Shown: positions 32,441 through 42,729 of the stretch, piece after piece
Layout of the letters: every line of letters starts with the position of its first letter
Numbering within the stretch: the stretch's first letter is position 1
Assembly: GCA_963726195.1 (NCBI GenBank)
Contig: CAVSBO010000007.1
Location: forward strand, 1 to 64,000
Origin: Candidatus Thorarchaeota archaeon
GTDB taxonomy: Archaea > Asgardarchaeota > Thorarchaeia > Thorarchaeales > Thorarchaeaceae
Direction: 5' to 3'
DNA length: 64,000 nucleotides
Program-made: the position numbers and the translations under genes
Notes under the pieces: model-generated
The model's database searches: none
What the model was told of the DNA's origin: nothing
What the model saw: the letters and a program-made list of their open reading frames with translations, nothing else

Positions 32441-33271
32441 TCATTCATCAAGGTCAGCATCCCACGCTCCGGGGTCCTTCAAGTCTCTGCTCAATATGGG
32501 ACCTTTCCTGAGATTCAAGCTTTCGGAGTCGTACCTGCTTGCATCGATTACGAGTTCTTCTGTCTCTTGGTCGAATGAAGCAGGTATTAGTCCTTCGTCT
32601 ATGCCTCTTTTGACGAGTTCCTTTAGTCTAGGCTGACTGAGCCCCGTGCTTTCGGCGAGACTCGCGATTGTGATTGCCGCCTCCGACTCCAGTGAGGTGC
32701 GGATGAACTCTGACAGAATGAGAAAGAAGTCCCTCTCGACTTTGCTCAGTTCGGGTTGGTCTAGTAACCCTGTGAGCACAGATTCAATGTAAGTATCTGC
32801 TTTGCCAAACTCATACTCACTCAACATGAGAGCGAGATCAATCAGTTCCTTTGATTTGCCTCTTGTCGTCTCCGATGCTCCGTGGATGAGTCGCCTTGCC
32901 ATGTCAAGGTCCCCTCCCAGAATGGAGCAGAATGCGGCATCAACAAAACACTGTGGATCCTTCTCTTCGTCGGCTGCGGCTATGTAGGCATCAGAAGCAA
33001 TCTGGCAGTCCAGTTCGAATTTCTCGTGCTCCCCCTGCTTTACCCATGCCCAAGCCGCTTTCAGTATGGTTTCGGCTGCTGATCTGTATTGGTGGCACAG
33101 CATGCCGTGTTCGTAAGCTCTTTCGTAGCACATCGCAGCTTTTGAGGAAGAGTCCCAACTGTTCCAGCACTCTGCGGCTTGCAGGAACCCATACATGGCC
33201 TCCTCATTCAACCCATTCTCGGCCATTGTTTCAGCCGTTGTTTCGAGCTTCTGGCACTCTTTGCTGGGCAT
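32441..33271 (-). CDS. TPR/SNAP-like solenoid with C-terminal PCI-like winged helix
   Basis: ITIASLA....L..LV...I.EGLI.A.FDQ....L.I PCI pattern. Confidence 0.7.
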   Translation of the reverse strand: MPSKECQKLETTAETMAENGLNEEAMYGFLQAAECWNSWDSSSKAAMCYERAYEHGMLCHQYRSAAETILKAAWAWVKQGEHEKFELDCQIASDAYIAAADEEKDPQCFVDAAFCSILGGDLDMARRLIHGASETTRGKSKELIDLALMLSEYEFGKADTYIESVLTGLLDQPELSKVERDFFLILSEFIRTSLESEAAITIASLAESTGLSQPRLKELVKRGIDEGLIPASFDQETEELVIDASRYDSESLNLRKGPILSRDLKDPGAWDADLDE

Positions 33272-33372
33272 TTTCGCTCAATCCCCGAGAACACCCCAGT
33301 CGACTGGTTCGTTTCCACCAAAGGAGCTGGTGAAGGTCACCTGCATTACCTAAAGGGCATTTCCAACTGATT

Positions 33373-34059
33373 TCACTTGTCTGCAACGATTGCCCCATCT
33401 CTCATCCGCAATATGCGCCTGGCATACTTGATGAGCTCCTCGTTGTGGGTGACAAGCACGACAGTCATTTTCCTGTCCTTGTTCAGGCCTGCGATAATCT
33501 TCATGACCGTGTCGCCTGTCTTGGAATCGAGATTGCCAGTAGGCTCGTCGCAGAAGAGGATTGGTGGGCTATTCACGAGAGCCCTTGCGATTGCGACTCT
33601 CTGTTGCTCTCCTCCGCTCATCTGCCTTGGGAAGTGGTCCTTTCTTTCGAGCATGTCAACTTCGCGCAGAACCTCAAGTGCCATGGCTTCCTCTTTTTCC
33701 TTCTTTAGGTCAGTACTGGGCCATAGCACGGCCTCGATGTTCTCGAATGCTGTCAGGTCCTCTATGAGCAAGAACGACTGAAAGACAAAGCCAATCTTCT
33801 GGGCTCGGACCTTCGGCATATCTCGTTCGCTTATGAGCGTCACATCAACTCCATCTATCAGGATCCTTCCATTGGTTGGCGCTTCTAGGCCTGCCATCAC
33901 ATGAAGAAGAGTGGACTTGCCGCAACCGGATGGTCCTACTACGGCGACGAAGTCACCGGGCATTATCTCTAGGTTTATGTCCTTTAGTGCGGCGACTGTC
34001 TTCTTTCCTTTGCCGTACTCTTTGTTGACACCCTGAACTTGGATTATTGGGTTCGCCAT
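33373..34059 (-). CDS. ABC transporter ATP-binding protein (LolD type)
   Basis: [26 protein letters not shown]. Confidence 0.92.
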   Translation of the reverse strand: MANPIIQVQGVNKEYGKGKKTVAALKDINLEIMPGDFVAVVGPSGCGKSTLLHVMAGLEAPTNGRILIDGVDVTLISERDMPKVRAQKIGFVFQSFLLIEDLTAFENIEAVLWPSTDLKKEKEEAMALEVLREVDMLERKDHFPRQMSGGEQQRVAIARALVNSPPILFCDEPTGNLDSKTGDTVMKIIAGLNKDRKMTVVLVTHNEELIKYARRILRMRDGAIVADK

Positions 34060-34061
34060 CT

Positions 34062-34586
34062 CTATTCCTCCCTTATCGCCATCATTGGCGGAATGTGGTT
34101 TGCTCTGAATTGTGCTAGTATTAGACCCGGTATCTGAAGGATTACAATGAGGAATAGGGCGATGAGCATGGGTCCGGCACTGATTGTTATATAATTCGTA
34201 AGCCACGTGACAAGCGGCGTGTTCGTGGTACCAATGGCATATTGTGTTACGCCTAGGACCTCAACAGTCAGCTGGAACACGACAAGGAATGCAGAGACCG
34301 AGACAACCACGACCTCGCCAACAAGGAGCAACATGACATCCGGATTGCTCCAAGAGACGCATTTCAGGATTGCAATGTCTCTTCTTCTGAACTGACTAAT
34401 CAGAATTGCATACACCGATGACACCGCAAAGGCTACTATAGGCCAGAGCCACCAATCTGCAGCCCCATGCTCTAAGCCCTTGCCAACCATTATGTACAGT
34501 ACGGCGTAGATTATGATGAACGCGAATATGCGTCGGCGTGACCGAAACGCGAATCTCATACTCTTGAAAAAGATCCTAAGGTTCAA
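34062..34586 (-). CDS. minimal FtsX-like permease
   Basis: RRRDIAILKCVSW; 4 TM; C-terminal PM.AIREE. Confidence 0.75.
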   Translation of the reverse strand: MNLRIFFKSMRFAFRSRRRIFAFIIIYAVLYIMVGKGLEHGAADWWLWPIVAFAVSSVYAILISQFRRRDIAILKCVSWSNPDVMLLLVGEVVVVSVSAFLVVFQLTVEVLGVTQYAIGTTNTPLVTWLTNYITISAGPMLIALFLIVILQIPGLILAQFRANHIPPMMAIREE

Positions 34587-34741
34587 GCTTCTCTTGCTCC
34601 TACGGACTGTCAGATAGTTGGCTGTTGCACATCTGAATCCTTAAAGTGTCTTCCGCGTATCTAGACACGGCATATGAGAACTGCAGAGGTACATCACTGG
34701 CACAAATCAATGGAGTTCGGTAAATCTAACACATCTACACA

Positions 34742-34978
34742 CTAGCCCTCGATCTTTGCATCAGAATGCTTTGGCATCGGTACACCATCAACCCAGAGTT
34801 CTTTCATGAGGAGATCTCTGATTGCGACTCTGATGGCTTCACTGCGCGACGGGTACATCCCGCGTTCGACCAGCTTGTCGAGTGCACTCACGTAGATGTC
34901 GCTCATTTTGACGGTGACGAGCTGCAACTTTGTTTCCTCCCGACTTGCGCTAGCGGCCACCCAAGTCGAATATAACAC
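34742..34978 (-). CDS. ribbon-helix-helix (CopG-like) regulator
   Basis: LVTVKM....LDKLVE.G.YPSRSEAIR.AIRDLL. Confidence 0.88.
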   Translation of the reverse strand: MLYSTWVAASASREETKLQLVTVKMSDIYVSALDKLVERGMYPSRSEAIRVAIRDLLMKELWVDGVPMPKHSDAKIEG

Positions 34979-35187
34979 CTTCTAGTGTCGAATGTCCCAT
35001 AGCGAAGTGTGTGCCACTGATGGAACACTGCGTCACATTCTGGTGGACATGGCTCGCCACTGCTGACGAAGGCTTGAGGTGCAATGCTAGAAAGGCTAAA
35101 TAGCAATAACTAGCAAGTCCTCGTTGTTCCCATATTCTCTGGACAGCAATGAATGGATTCGGCAAAACGAAGATGGTAGGGACCGCT

Positions 35188-35748
35188 ATGTCACAGGCGA
35201 AGGCGATGGTGTCAGTGTCTGCGAATTTTGACTTCATGAGAAAGGTCGTCATGATTGGCGCAGGCGGCAGCGGGAAGACAGCACTCGTCAATCGCTTTCT
35301 GACTCAGAAGTTTTCGGAGCAGTACATTGTGACCATAGGTTCCCAGTTCGCAGTTAAGACGGTCACCGTGGAGAACTTCAATGGACACAGTGTGGTAGTG
35401 AAGCTCCTCGTGTGGGATTTGGCGGGCCAGGAACGTTTCGATTTCATTCGCAGCAGTTACTACAAGGGATCCAAAGGAGGGCTGCTCGTGTTCGACACGA
35501 CACGAAAAAACACTTGGGCCGAACTGCCGAAGTGGATTGAAGAGACAGACAACGCGCTCGGGCTGCGAATACCAATCATATTGCTTGCGAACAAGGTCGA
35601 CTTGGCAGACGAGCGTATCATTACAGCCGAGATGGGTAAGGCGTTTGTCCAAGAGCATGGCCTTGTTGGTTATTTGGAAACCAGCGCACTCACCGGACAG
35701 AATGTGGAAGAGGCGTTCAGTCTTCTGGCGAGGTCGAGCATATCGTAG
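35188..35748 (+). CDS. Rab-like small GTPase
   Basis: GAGGSGKT, YIVTIG, WDLAGQERF, NKVD, ETSA; start uncertain. Confidence 0.9.
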   Translation: MSQAKAMVSVSANFDFMRKVVMIGAGGSGKTALVNRFLTQKFSEQYIVTIGSQFAVKTVTVENFNGHSVVVKLLVWDLAGQERFDFIRSSYYKGSKGGLLVFDTTRKNTWAELPKWIEETDNALGLRIPIILLANKVDLADERIITAEMGKAFVQEHGLVGYLETSALTGQNVEEAFSLLARSSIS

Positions 35749-35847
35749 TCGCGAGAACGCCGCTATCAGTCTGCTGCAATTTAGTTAGCGCAACACAAAC
35801 GGTGTCCCCGACGAATCGATGATACCACGATATTGGCCAATTGGTGC

Positions 35848-36969
35848 CTAACGATCCCTCTTGCCTTCGATGTATTCATCGACACGCTTCCGTCCCTCGA
35901 AATCATCTATCTGGTATCGAGGATGCTTGAAGCTGTAAGAGCTGATACTTGAGAGTTCTCCCCCGATTCCTCTATCCAAGCCAATCTTCACTGCCCTTGC
36001 CACATCGATGATTACGCCTGCGCTGTTGGTGGAGTCCTGGACTGAAAGCTTGAGGAAGAGATCTATCTGCTGGTCGCCGAAGGATTTCGCCCGCATGGTG
36101 ATATAACATACCTTATTGTTGTCGAGGAACGGCACGTAGTCGCTCGGTCCTATCTTAGTGGGAAGCTCGTAGTCGACACAGCTCGTGACCGCCGCGGTCT
36201 TGCTGATCCTCTTTGACTTCAATCTCGCTTCGACTTGCATATTTTCAAAATCTGTATCGCCCCCGATGTTCAGCTGATATGTGTTCAGCACGACCAGACC
36301 TCTCTGGTCAAAAAGCTGCGTCAGCACACGATGGAGAATGGTGGCTCCGAGCTGACTCTTCACATCATCGCCAGCGCAGGGCAATCCCTTTCTCAGAAAC
36401 TCCTTCTCATGAGGACTATTCGGGTCTGATACTATGAATTCCGGCATTGCATTAATGAATCCTATACCAGCATCCAACGCGGCCTGCGCGTACGTTCGCG
36501 CACCTACCTCACTTCCGACTGGAAGGTAGTTGATGAGAAGATCTGCCTTTGTTTTTCTTAGTTCTTCTGTCACATCTACGGGCTGAATTTCGCTCTCGTC
36601 GTATGTGAAGAAGGACTCTCTCATGTGGGGGGCCACGCCATCCATAATGGGAGCAGGCATAACCTCAACCCCCATCTTCGGAACATCAGGAGCGAAAATC
36701 GGAGCACAGTTTGGCTTCACCCACATTGCCTCTGCAATGTCATGCCCTATCTTGTTTCTGTTGACTTCAAACGCCGCAACAAACTTCAGGTCTCTTGGGA
36801 AATATCCTCCAAAATCAACGTGCATGAGACCTGGGACATCCTCATCGGGTCTTGCATTGCGATAGTAGTGCACTCCTTGGATAAGTGCTGACGCGCAGTT
36901 GCCGAGTCCAGCTAGTGCGACACGAATCTCACCCATTATGGTCATCTCTCGGAAGTATTCTTCAGTCAT
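35848..36969 (-). CDS. ino1: myo-inositol-1-phosphate synthase
   Basis: GLGNCAS, YLPVGS, GDDVKSQLGAT, YQLNIGG.TDF, DS.NSAG. Confidence 0.93.
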   Translation of the reverse strand: MTEEYFREMTIMGEIRVALAGLGNCASALIQGVHYYRNARPDEDVPGLMHVDFGGYFPRDLKFVAAFEVNRNKIGHDIAEAMWVKPNCAPIFAPDVPKMGVEVMPAPIMDGVAPHMRESFFTYDESEIQPVDVTEELRKTKADLLINYLPVGSEVGARTYAQAALDAGIGFINAMPEFIVSDPNSPHEKEFLRKGLPCAGDDVKSQLGATILHRVLTQLFDQRGLVVLNTYQLNIGGDTDFENMQVEARLKSKRISKTAAVTSCVDYELPTKIGPSDYVPFLDNNKVCYITMRAKSFGDQQIDLFLKLSVQDSTNSAGVIIDVARAVKIGLDRGIGGELSSISSYSFKHPRYQIDDFEGRKRVDEYIEGKRDR

Positions 36970-36999
36970 AGAATAGTCTTATCTTTTAAAACTATCGAG

Positions 37000-37851
37000 T
37001 TAGGACAACTCTGTAGCGTCGTCTGCCTTTGGTTCGCCTTCCGCTGTCTCCTCCTTTGGGGACACACTTGAGTAATCCGAGAACAGGATTCTCCGGGCTG
37101 ACGCCACCGTCTTCGGTCCAATGCCGGACACAGCAGTCCACTCGTCCGTCCGACTGACTACTTCGATTGGTGAGTGAAAATGCTTGAGTAGGCTCCTTGC
37201 GCGCACAACATTGATTCCTGGCAAACCCGCGACGAAGAACTCCTGTTCGTTATCGAGCGTGTCTAGGCCCTTTCGCGTACGAATCACTGGGAGCCTACTT
37301 GTCTGCTCGTCATGCGTGTCGTCTCTTGTTGTTAGTAGCCCAAATAGAAGACCAGCTGAGTGCAACGAGTTGAATCCCTTAAGCAAGTGTATTCCTCTCT
37401 CACTTATGCTCTCAAGAAGCGCATCCAAAGCATGCGGATGAATGTAACTAACCCTCTCCATTGTTACTGCATAGGGCTTGCCCTTTGTCTGTCGTGTCTT
37501 GAAAGGAATGTAGATGCATCCTTTCACGGGGTCTCTTCTGATGGCGAGTATGTCCTCGACAAGTAGGTGAGGTCTTTCGTACTTCATGAGCCCGTCAAGC
37601 TGTTTATTGAGACGAGGAACTCCAAGATTGCTGCCACCGAGAGTATTCACGAGATCGCTCACAGTCTTTCTTTCTATCGCTATTCCATCCGGTCCTAAGA
37701 CGTCTCCAATTGGTATCTCCTGAACTGCATAAATGATACCTTCCTTGTCCAGCATCGACATCAAGTGCTTGCTAGCATTCATACTCTTCCCAGTTGTCTC
37801 GTGCACATCGACGATTACTTGAGGAACGTTTCCAAACACATCTGTCTGCAT
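37000..37851 (-). CDS. ERCC4/XPF-family nuclease with HhH2
   Basis: VDVHE, GD, ERKT..D nuclease motif; GLPGI..GIGPK HhH. Confidence 0.85.
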   Translation of the reverse strand: MQTDVFGNVPQVIVDVHETTGKSMNASKHLMSMLDKEGIIYAVQEIPIGDVLGPDGIAIERKTVSDLVNTLGGSNLGVPRLNKQLDGLMKYERPHLLVEDILAIRRDPVKGCIYIPFKTRQTKGKPYAVTMERVSYIHPHALDALLESISERGIHLLKGFNSLHSAGLLFGLLTTRDDTHDEQTSRLPVIRTRKGLDTLDNEQEFFVAGLPGINVVRARSLLKHFHSPIEVVSRTDEWTAVSGIGPKTVASARRILFSDYSSVSPKEETAEGEPKADDATELS

Positions 37852-37853
37852 GG

Positions 37854-38492
37854 CTATTCCACATCAAAGAGCGTCATGACGGCTGCCATTGAGACTTCTC
37901 TCGCAAGGTTGGCTTCAATGGCTGATCCAATAACGACCGCGTCGCCATCTTCGGGTTTCACGCTGTCGACTACCAATGCGACTTCGTCCCCGTACTCCGA
38001 GAGTATGTCGAAATCGCCCGGCGGCATCGTCAGCGCGCCTCGTTTGTAAGTAAGGGTTGTGACACCCGCCTTGCCGTAGCCTCCTTGGATGATTGCCTCA
38101 TCTCTCTGTCTGATTCCATCGGTCACCTTCTGTGCCTTGCTCTTTACGAGATTTGCATACGCATGGTGATACATGACGAGTCTTGGCACGTCCAAGAACA
38201 AGCCCAGAGGAATGTCACCGGTCATTTGATCGAAGAGCGCAAGTCCTTTGCGTGTTAACTTCTGACCTTGCTTTCCGTTGGCAGTTGTGTAGTCAGCCTC
38301 TGTCAGTCTCTTGAGCAGAGTCCTCGCGCTTCCTTCACCGATTGACATGTTCTCGCACAATTCATAGCGTCCTAGAGGTTGTTGTCTGCCGATCATAATC
38401 AGCGCCACGGCGGGATGGTGTGCCTTGAAGGCATGAGGAACACGCCCGTCGGCAGGTTCAGCAAGGCGAATGAGTTCTTTCTTCCAGCTCAA
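37854..38492 (-). CDS. DUF4443-like wHTH protein
   Basis: GRYEL...IGEGSARTLLKRL; GI.QRDEAI..G. Confidence 0.75.
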   Translation of the reverse strand: MSWKKELIRLAEPADGRVPHAFKAHHPAVALIMIGRQQPLGRYELCENMSIGEGSARTLLKRLTEADYTTANGKQGQKLTRKGLALFDQMTGDIPLGLFLDVPRLVMYHHAYANLVKSKAQKVTDGIRQRDEAIIQGGYGKAGVTTLTYKRGALTMPPGDFDILSEYGDEVALVVDSVKPEDGDAVVIGSAIEANLAREVSMAAVMTLFDVE

Positions 38493-38529
38493 ACCACATA
38501 CGCTCCAGTATTCAGATTCTCATCCTCTT

Positions 38530-39144
38530 TTATCCTTCACTCAATGAAGCAGGATATTGAATCGGTACGTCCCAGATTGCATCCTTGAATGACTGATCGA
38601 CTAGGTGCCCTATCACCGGCACGACGAGTAGAAAAATGAAGAAGTTCGAAACGATGTGCACCACCATGAAAGGCAACCCAAAGACAACTGCACCGTAATA
38701 TGGAACTTCGAAAGCCCATGAATAGCCCAAGTCAGTGACAAGATCGAAGAACAGGGTTGTAATGGCGCCTAGCGTGCCGAATCCGATTGGATTCATCTTT
38801 TCGCTCCTCTTTTCCTCACGATTCCTGCCTGCAATCGATCCGACCGCAACCACGAACAGCCACCCCACTATCTGACTGAGGTAGATTTGAGGCACGAGGC
38901 CTCCCCAAGGATTGAGGGTGCCGAAGATTGTTGACATGATTAGAGTGCACCAAAATGCCATGTGGAATCCGAAGACGTAGGCCGTGACGAAGAGAATGCA
39001 TGAGCCCAGCTCCACGTTTGGCAAGCCTGCTAGCGCATAGTTTCCAAGCAGGGCAAGACCGCTCATCATTCCTGTAATCGCTAGCCATTTGCTCCGCCTG
39101 ATCTTGCGCCCGCCGGTTGAGCGGTACATTTGGTCTTGCGTCAT
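38530..39144 (-). CDS. ECF transporter S component (CbrT-like)
   Basis: LPNVE motif, about 5-6 TM, GLPF...HIVSN. Confidence 0.75.
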   Translation of the reverse strand: MTQDQMYRSTGGRKIRRSKWLAITGMMSGLALLGNYALAGLPNVELGSCILFVTAYVFGFHMAFWCTLIMSTIFGTLNPWGGLVPQIYLSQIVGWLFVVAVGSIAGRNREEKRSEKMNPIGFGTLGAITTLFFDLVTDLGYSWAFEVPYYGAVVFGLPFMVVHIVSNFFIFLLVVPVIGHLVDQSFKDAIWDVPIQYPASLSEG

Positions 39145-39153
39145 CAGGTCCTG

Positions 39154-39894
39154 TCATCTCCGCCTCAAAAGAATCAGCACCATGATGACAGCCACGCCTA
39201 GCGAGAGTCCGACTATGACAAGCGGAACAACCGACGCGGGAGCATAGACCGACGCGAGTTCAATTGACAACTCATAGGGCGTCCCGAACGAATAGGATGT
39301 ATTGCCTATCACGAGCAAGCCACTCGCGGTGTCATAAGCTAGCAGAGTTCTCTGAGGCTCGCCAAATGATGTGTTGTCCTGCCGATACTCAAACACCATG
39401 CAGCTGTAGGCCACACCGCTCGCGGTAACCGGACCGTAGTATGATGACATAGTGCCATTGAGGAAGTTTCCCGGGACTCTTTGAGCTGAATCGTAAGCCG
39501 TTTTGTTTAGCTGCTCAAGGTCTTGGTGTCCGATTTTGACTACCAGTCCCGGAAGCCATGGCGTGAGTCCCCATACCCCTAAGGCTAGATCCTTAGCGAT
39601 GTCAGTGTCATTAGCGTTCCACGTCCTGTTACCGAGGGTGATAGTACCCTCGATGTCTTCCTTCACGGCAAGAATAGTCAAAGTCATTCTGCTGTTGGGC
39701 TGAGCGAGCCAGTAGCCCCTGCCCGACCAGTATAGACCGAAGGGAGTGACAGGGCAGTCTACGACTCTCCAAGCAATCTCTGTGTCACCCAAAATGCTTG
39801 GACTCAGAACTCCATAGCCATTGCTTACGTAGATGTTGCCGCCGTTGATGATAACCACAAGGATTAGCGCTGCCATCAGAGATCCTTCTTTCAT
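39154..39894 (-). CDS. exported protein with C-terminal TM anchor
   Basis: N-terminal signal, YD..SG.L, C-terminal TM + RRR. Confidence 0.65.
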   Translation of the reverse strand: MKEGSLMAALILVVIINGGNIYVSNGYGVLSPSILGDTEIAWRVVDCPVTPFGLYWSGRGYWLAQPNSRMTLTILAVKEDIEGTITLGNRTWNANDTDIAKDLALGVWGLTPWLPGLVVKIGHQDLEQLNKTAYDSAQRVPGNFLNGTMSSYYGPVTASGVAYSCMVFEYRQDNTSFGEPQRTLLAYDTASGLLVIGNTSYSFGTPYELSIELASVYAPASVVPLVIVGLSLGVAVIMVLILLRRR

Positions 39895-40403
39895 TTCTGA
39901 TTGACCCTCGATCTTCTCTGAAGTATGCCCAAGAACGCTAGTGCGAAAACCCCCAGAGCCGCTGCTCCGAACAAGGCCGTGTAGTTGAATTGGCCTCCTG
40001 GATTCGTGCTGTACTCAGAAGGTTCTCTTCGCCATTGGATAGAGTCATTACTCTGAAGCTGATACTTGTTTGCGGCTACGGGACCTAGTTGCCCATCTAC
40101 CCAATACTGCCACCACAATCCCTGTGCAGCATCATTCGAAACTCCATCAATCGATACGACAAAAGCCAGGTCGCCATACCAGTTTAGTTCTATCCGCGCG
40201 ATTGCCTGCGTGGCGTTCAATACATTGGATGCCTGAAGACCCGCGTAAGTCACATTCGTGCCGTTGCCAAAGTCGATATTGACGACGATTCCGGAGGAGG
40301 CCTGAGCGTGCTTGTGAGCGTCTGTCACAGCACCAGCCACGGGCAATGCACATACGGGGACACAGACGAGCAGGAACGATGCGACTAGAGCGACGGTCCT
40401 CAT
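39891..40403 (-). CDS. DUF4430 (transcobalamin C-terminal-like) surface protein
   Basis: FVVSIDGV.N....WQYWVDG....AA.Y.L...D.I.W; signal peptide and TM anchor. Confidence 0.85.
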   Translation of the reverse strand: MRTVALVASFLLVCVPVCALPVAGAVTDAHKHAQASSGIVVNIDFGNGTNVTYAGLQASNVLNATQAIARIELNWYGDLAFVVSIDGVSNDAAQGLWWQYWVDGQLGPVAANKYQLQSNDSIQWRREPSEYSTNPGGQFNYTALFGAAALGVFALAFLGILQRRSRVNQK

Positions 40404-40411
40404 TGTCCTTC

Positions 40412-40433
40412 TAGGATAGGATATCCTATCCTA
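40412..40433. promoter_or_regulatory. perfect 22-bp palindrome, putative operator
   Basis: TAGGATAGGATATCCTATCCTA lies between a minus-strand TATA-like element (~40439-40445) and the start at 40403. Confidence 0.65.
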
Positions 40434-40651
40434 TTTCGATATAAGCGTTGCCTCTGAAATGATGCGCCCTGACGAGTCCAGCCAAATGGCTAGCAATGGT
40501 CTCAGCCCCAAATGCAGTTTGTATTATGCATTGAACCCAGTGGTAGTGATTTTGTCGCAAGAGCCGTCAGATTATGCCTATACTTCAACGAGGAACGCAA
40601 CACATTAAAAACGGGCACGAGGTCAACCTTCATTCGAAGGCATCTAGCCAA

Positions 40652-41305
40652 ATGAAGAGTCGCAGGAGTCGCAAGGGACTGCTGTTTGTGCTGGAGGGGA
40701 TTGATGGTTCTGGGAAGACCGCTGTAGCAGAGCTAGTTGTTGCACGTCTTACCAAGGAGGGAATTGATGCTGTCAAGCTTCACGAGCCCACAAGCGAGAG
40801 TAAATGGGGACGCGAGATTAGAGCCCGATCTCCACGCGGCGAATTGAGCCCGGCTGAAGAACTTGAGTTCTTCATACGCGATAGGGACTGGCATATCCGT
40901 AACCGCATACAACCTGCTCTGGATGCAGGGAAGATTGTGGTGTTAGACCGCTACTACTTTGCCAATGGAGCCTATCAGAGTGCCAGCACCGGAATTCCTT
41001 GGAAGGAAATCGTCCGAAGAAACATAGAAGAAATACACGCGCCATTGCCCAACCTAGTATTCGTACTGGACGTTCCAGCAGAGACAGGTCTTGCAAGAGT
41101 GCTCGGTCGTGATTATGTAAGCAACGAGCAATTCGAGAAGATTGAGCGGCTTGTGAAGGTCCGGCAGGCCTACTTGGAAATGGCACGTGAGTATTCGAGT
41201 GTTTTCGTGGTCGTAGACGCTACTCGAACGTTAGAACAAGTCGTAGACGAAGTGTGCAGGAGAATACTAGGTTTCTTAGGACGGAAGGGGACGAAAGCGG
41301 GTTGA
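40652..41305 (+). CDS. tmk: thymidylate kinase
   Basis: EGIDGSGKT, EP, LDRY....AYQ. Confidence 0.93.
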   Translation: MKSRRSRKGLLFVLEGIDGSGKTAVAELVVARLTKEGIDAVKLHEPTSESKWGREIRARSPRGELSPAEELEFFIRDRDWHIRNRIQPALDAGKIVVLDRYYFANGAYQSASTGIPWKEIVRRNIEEIHAPLPNLVFVLDVPAETGLARVLGRDYVSNEQFEKIERLVKVRQAYLEMAREYSSVFVVVDATRTLEQVVDEVCRRILGFLGRKGTKAG

Positions 41306-41459
41306 GAGCTGGCCGCTTGGCGGCTTCACAACCAAAACCGATGCTTGCGGTGGAAATAATGTGACGATTTTGTCACAAGCTTTTTTAATACGGACCCACG
41401 CAGCGGAAAAAAGACAAGCTCCTAAGAGACCAGCGAGCAAGGGACCGGAGTAGAAGATC

Positions 41460-42648
41460 ATGCCCACAGCAATGCTTCTGATTGATTGGGACAGTAAGAT
41501 AGGTGCTGTTTTGAAAGCAAAGGTTCCCAAGGATTTTGCTGACTATTACAAGGAAGACCTGAACACAGAAATCATGCGTATCTTCACGTCGCATGCTATG
41601 GGTGACGCCACTGCAGGATTCTCGTCTCTAAGTATTCGAATCGGCGGCGAGGAGTATGGCGTCGCATCATACTATACAGGAATCCTTCGCGAGGAGGAAC
41701 AGTACTGTGTGTCGCTGCTTCTGACTCCTTCTGAAGATCCGAAGATGTATGAAGCGGCAATAACCTCCATTGTTTCTCCGCTCACGAATGCAGTTGTCTC
41801 AATGACTGATGCTGAGTTTCAAGCAGAGTTTGAGAACACCTACCGTAGAATAATCAGATTGGCTGGCATGACCGATGAGTCGCGTCTTGCTCGACTATTC
41901 GCTGACGAAGTCTCAAGGGCTGTCTTTCCCAAGCTTTGGAAGGGAGGCATATCCAAAGAGGATCTTGAGGAATGGCTGAAGATGGTCACAGGCCTACCTA
42001 GCGTCAGCGTGGACTCCATACTATCACCATTTGAGGAGCTGAGGTATCATCAAGACCGACTGGGTCGACGAGATTGGTAGGACCTGTATCTTCATGATAA
42101 AAGACCTCGAAGTTTTCCGTGCCCCGCCACTACAAGCCATGGAGGCTGCTGGTTCAATCCTGGATCCTGAGCTTGCAGCTGAGTACAAGGGCGAGGTGCT
42201 TGAGTTCCTGACAGAGTGGCAGAAGACACCTGACGATACAGTGGCCGTTGCTCAGGTTTTGGCAGACCCCGATTGTTATGATATGATGAATGAACTGAGG
42301 CGTCGGCCTGCAAACATATCTGAGCTTGAGGCCACACTTGGGATTCCGCCCAAGGAACTGAAAGAGGCAATTCAGACTCTTAAGAAGTACAGAATTGTCT
42401 CTGAGAAGAGACGGAAGGGATCCTCCGGGGAGTTCGACAAGTGGCTGTTCCTCCTGAATGATATCCGTGTACGGCTCTTTTTCCCTGAGTATTTCTTGCA
42501 GTCTCTCATAGTCGACCTCGAGAAGACGCCAGACGATCCGAAGGCAAGGGAGATGGTACATCACCACCTGCGCCTGCTACGAGAACAACTTCCCACGATG
42601 AGAGTATTGTCAGCGTTGGTGAGCGTTACCTGTTTGGTGTTCGCCTAG
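41460..42648 (+). CDS. uDENN/longin-like N-domain + winged-helix protein (frameshift ~42045)
   Basis: LIDWDSKIGAVLKAKVP uDENN-like start; two wHTH-like segments. Confidence 0.6.
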
Positions 42649-42729
42649 GTCAGAAGCCTTCTGCGTATTCTCTGGCCCATTAGAACGTAGTTGGCGTCAG
42701 GATTCTAGAACAGGAATAGAAGAAGGGCT

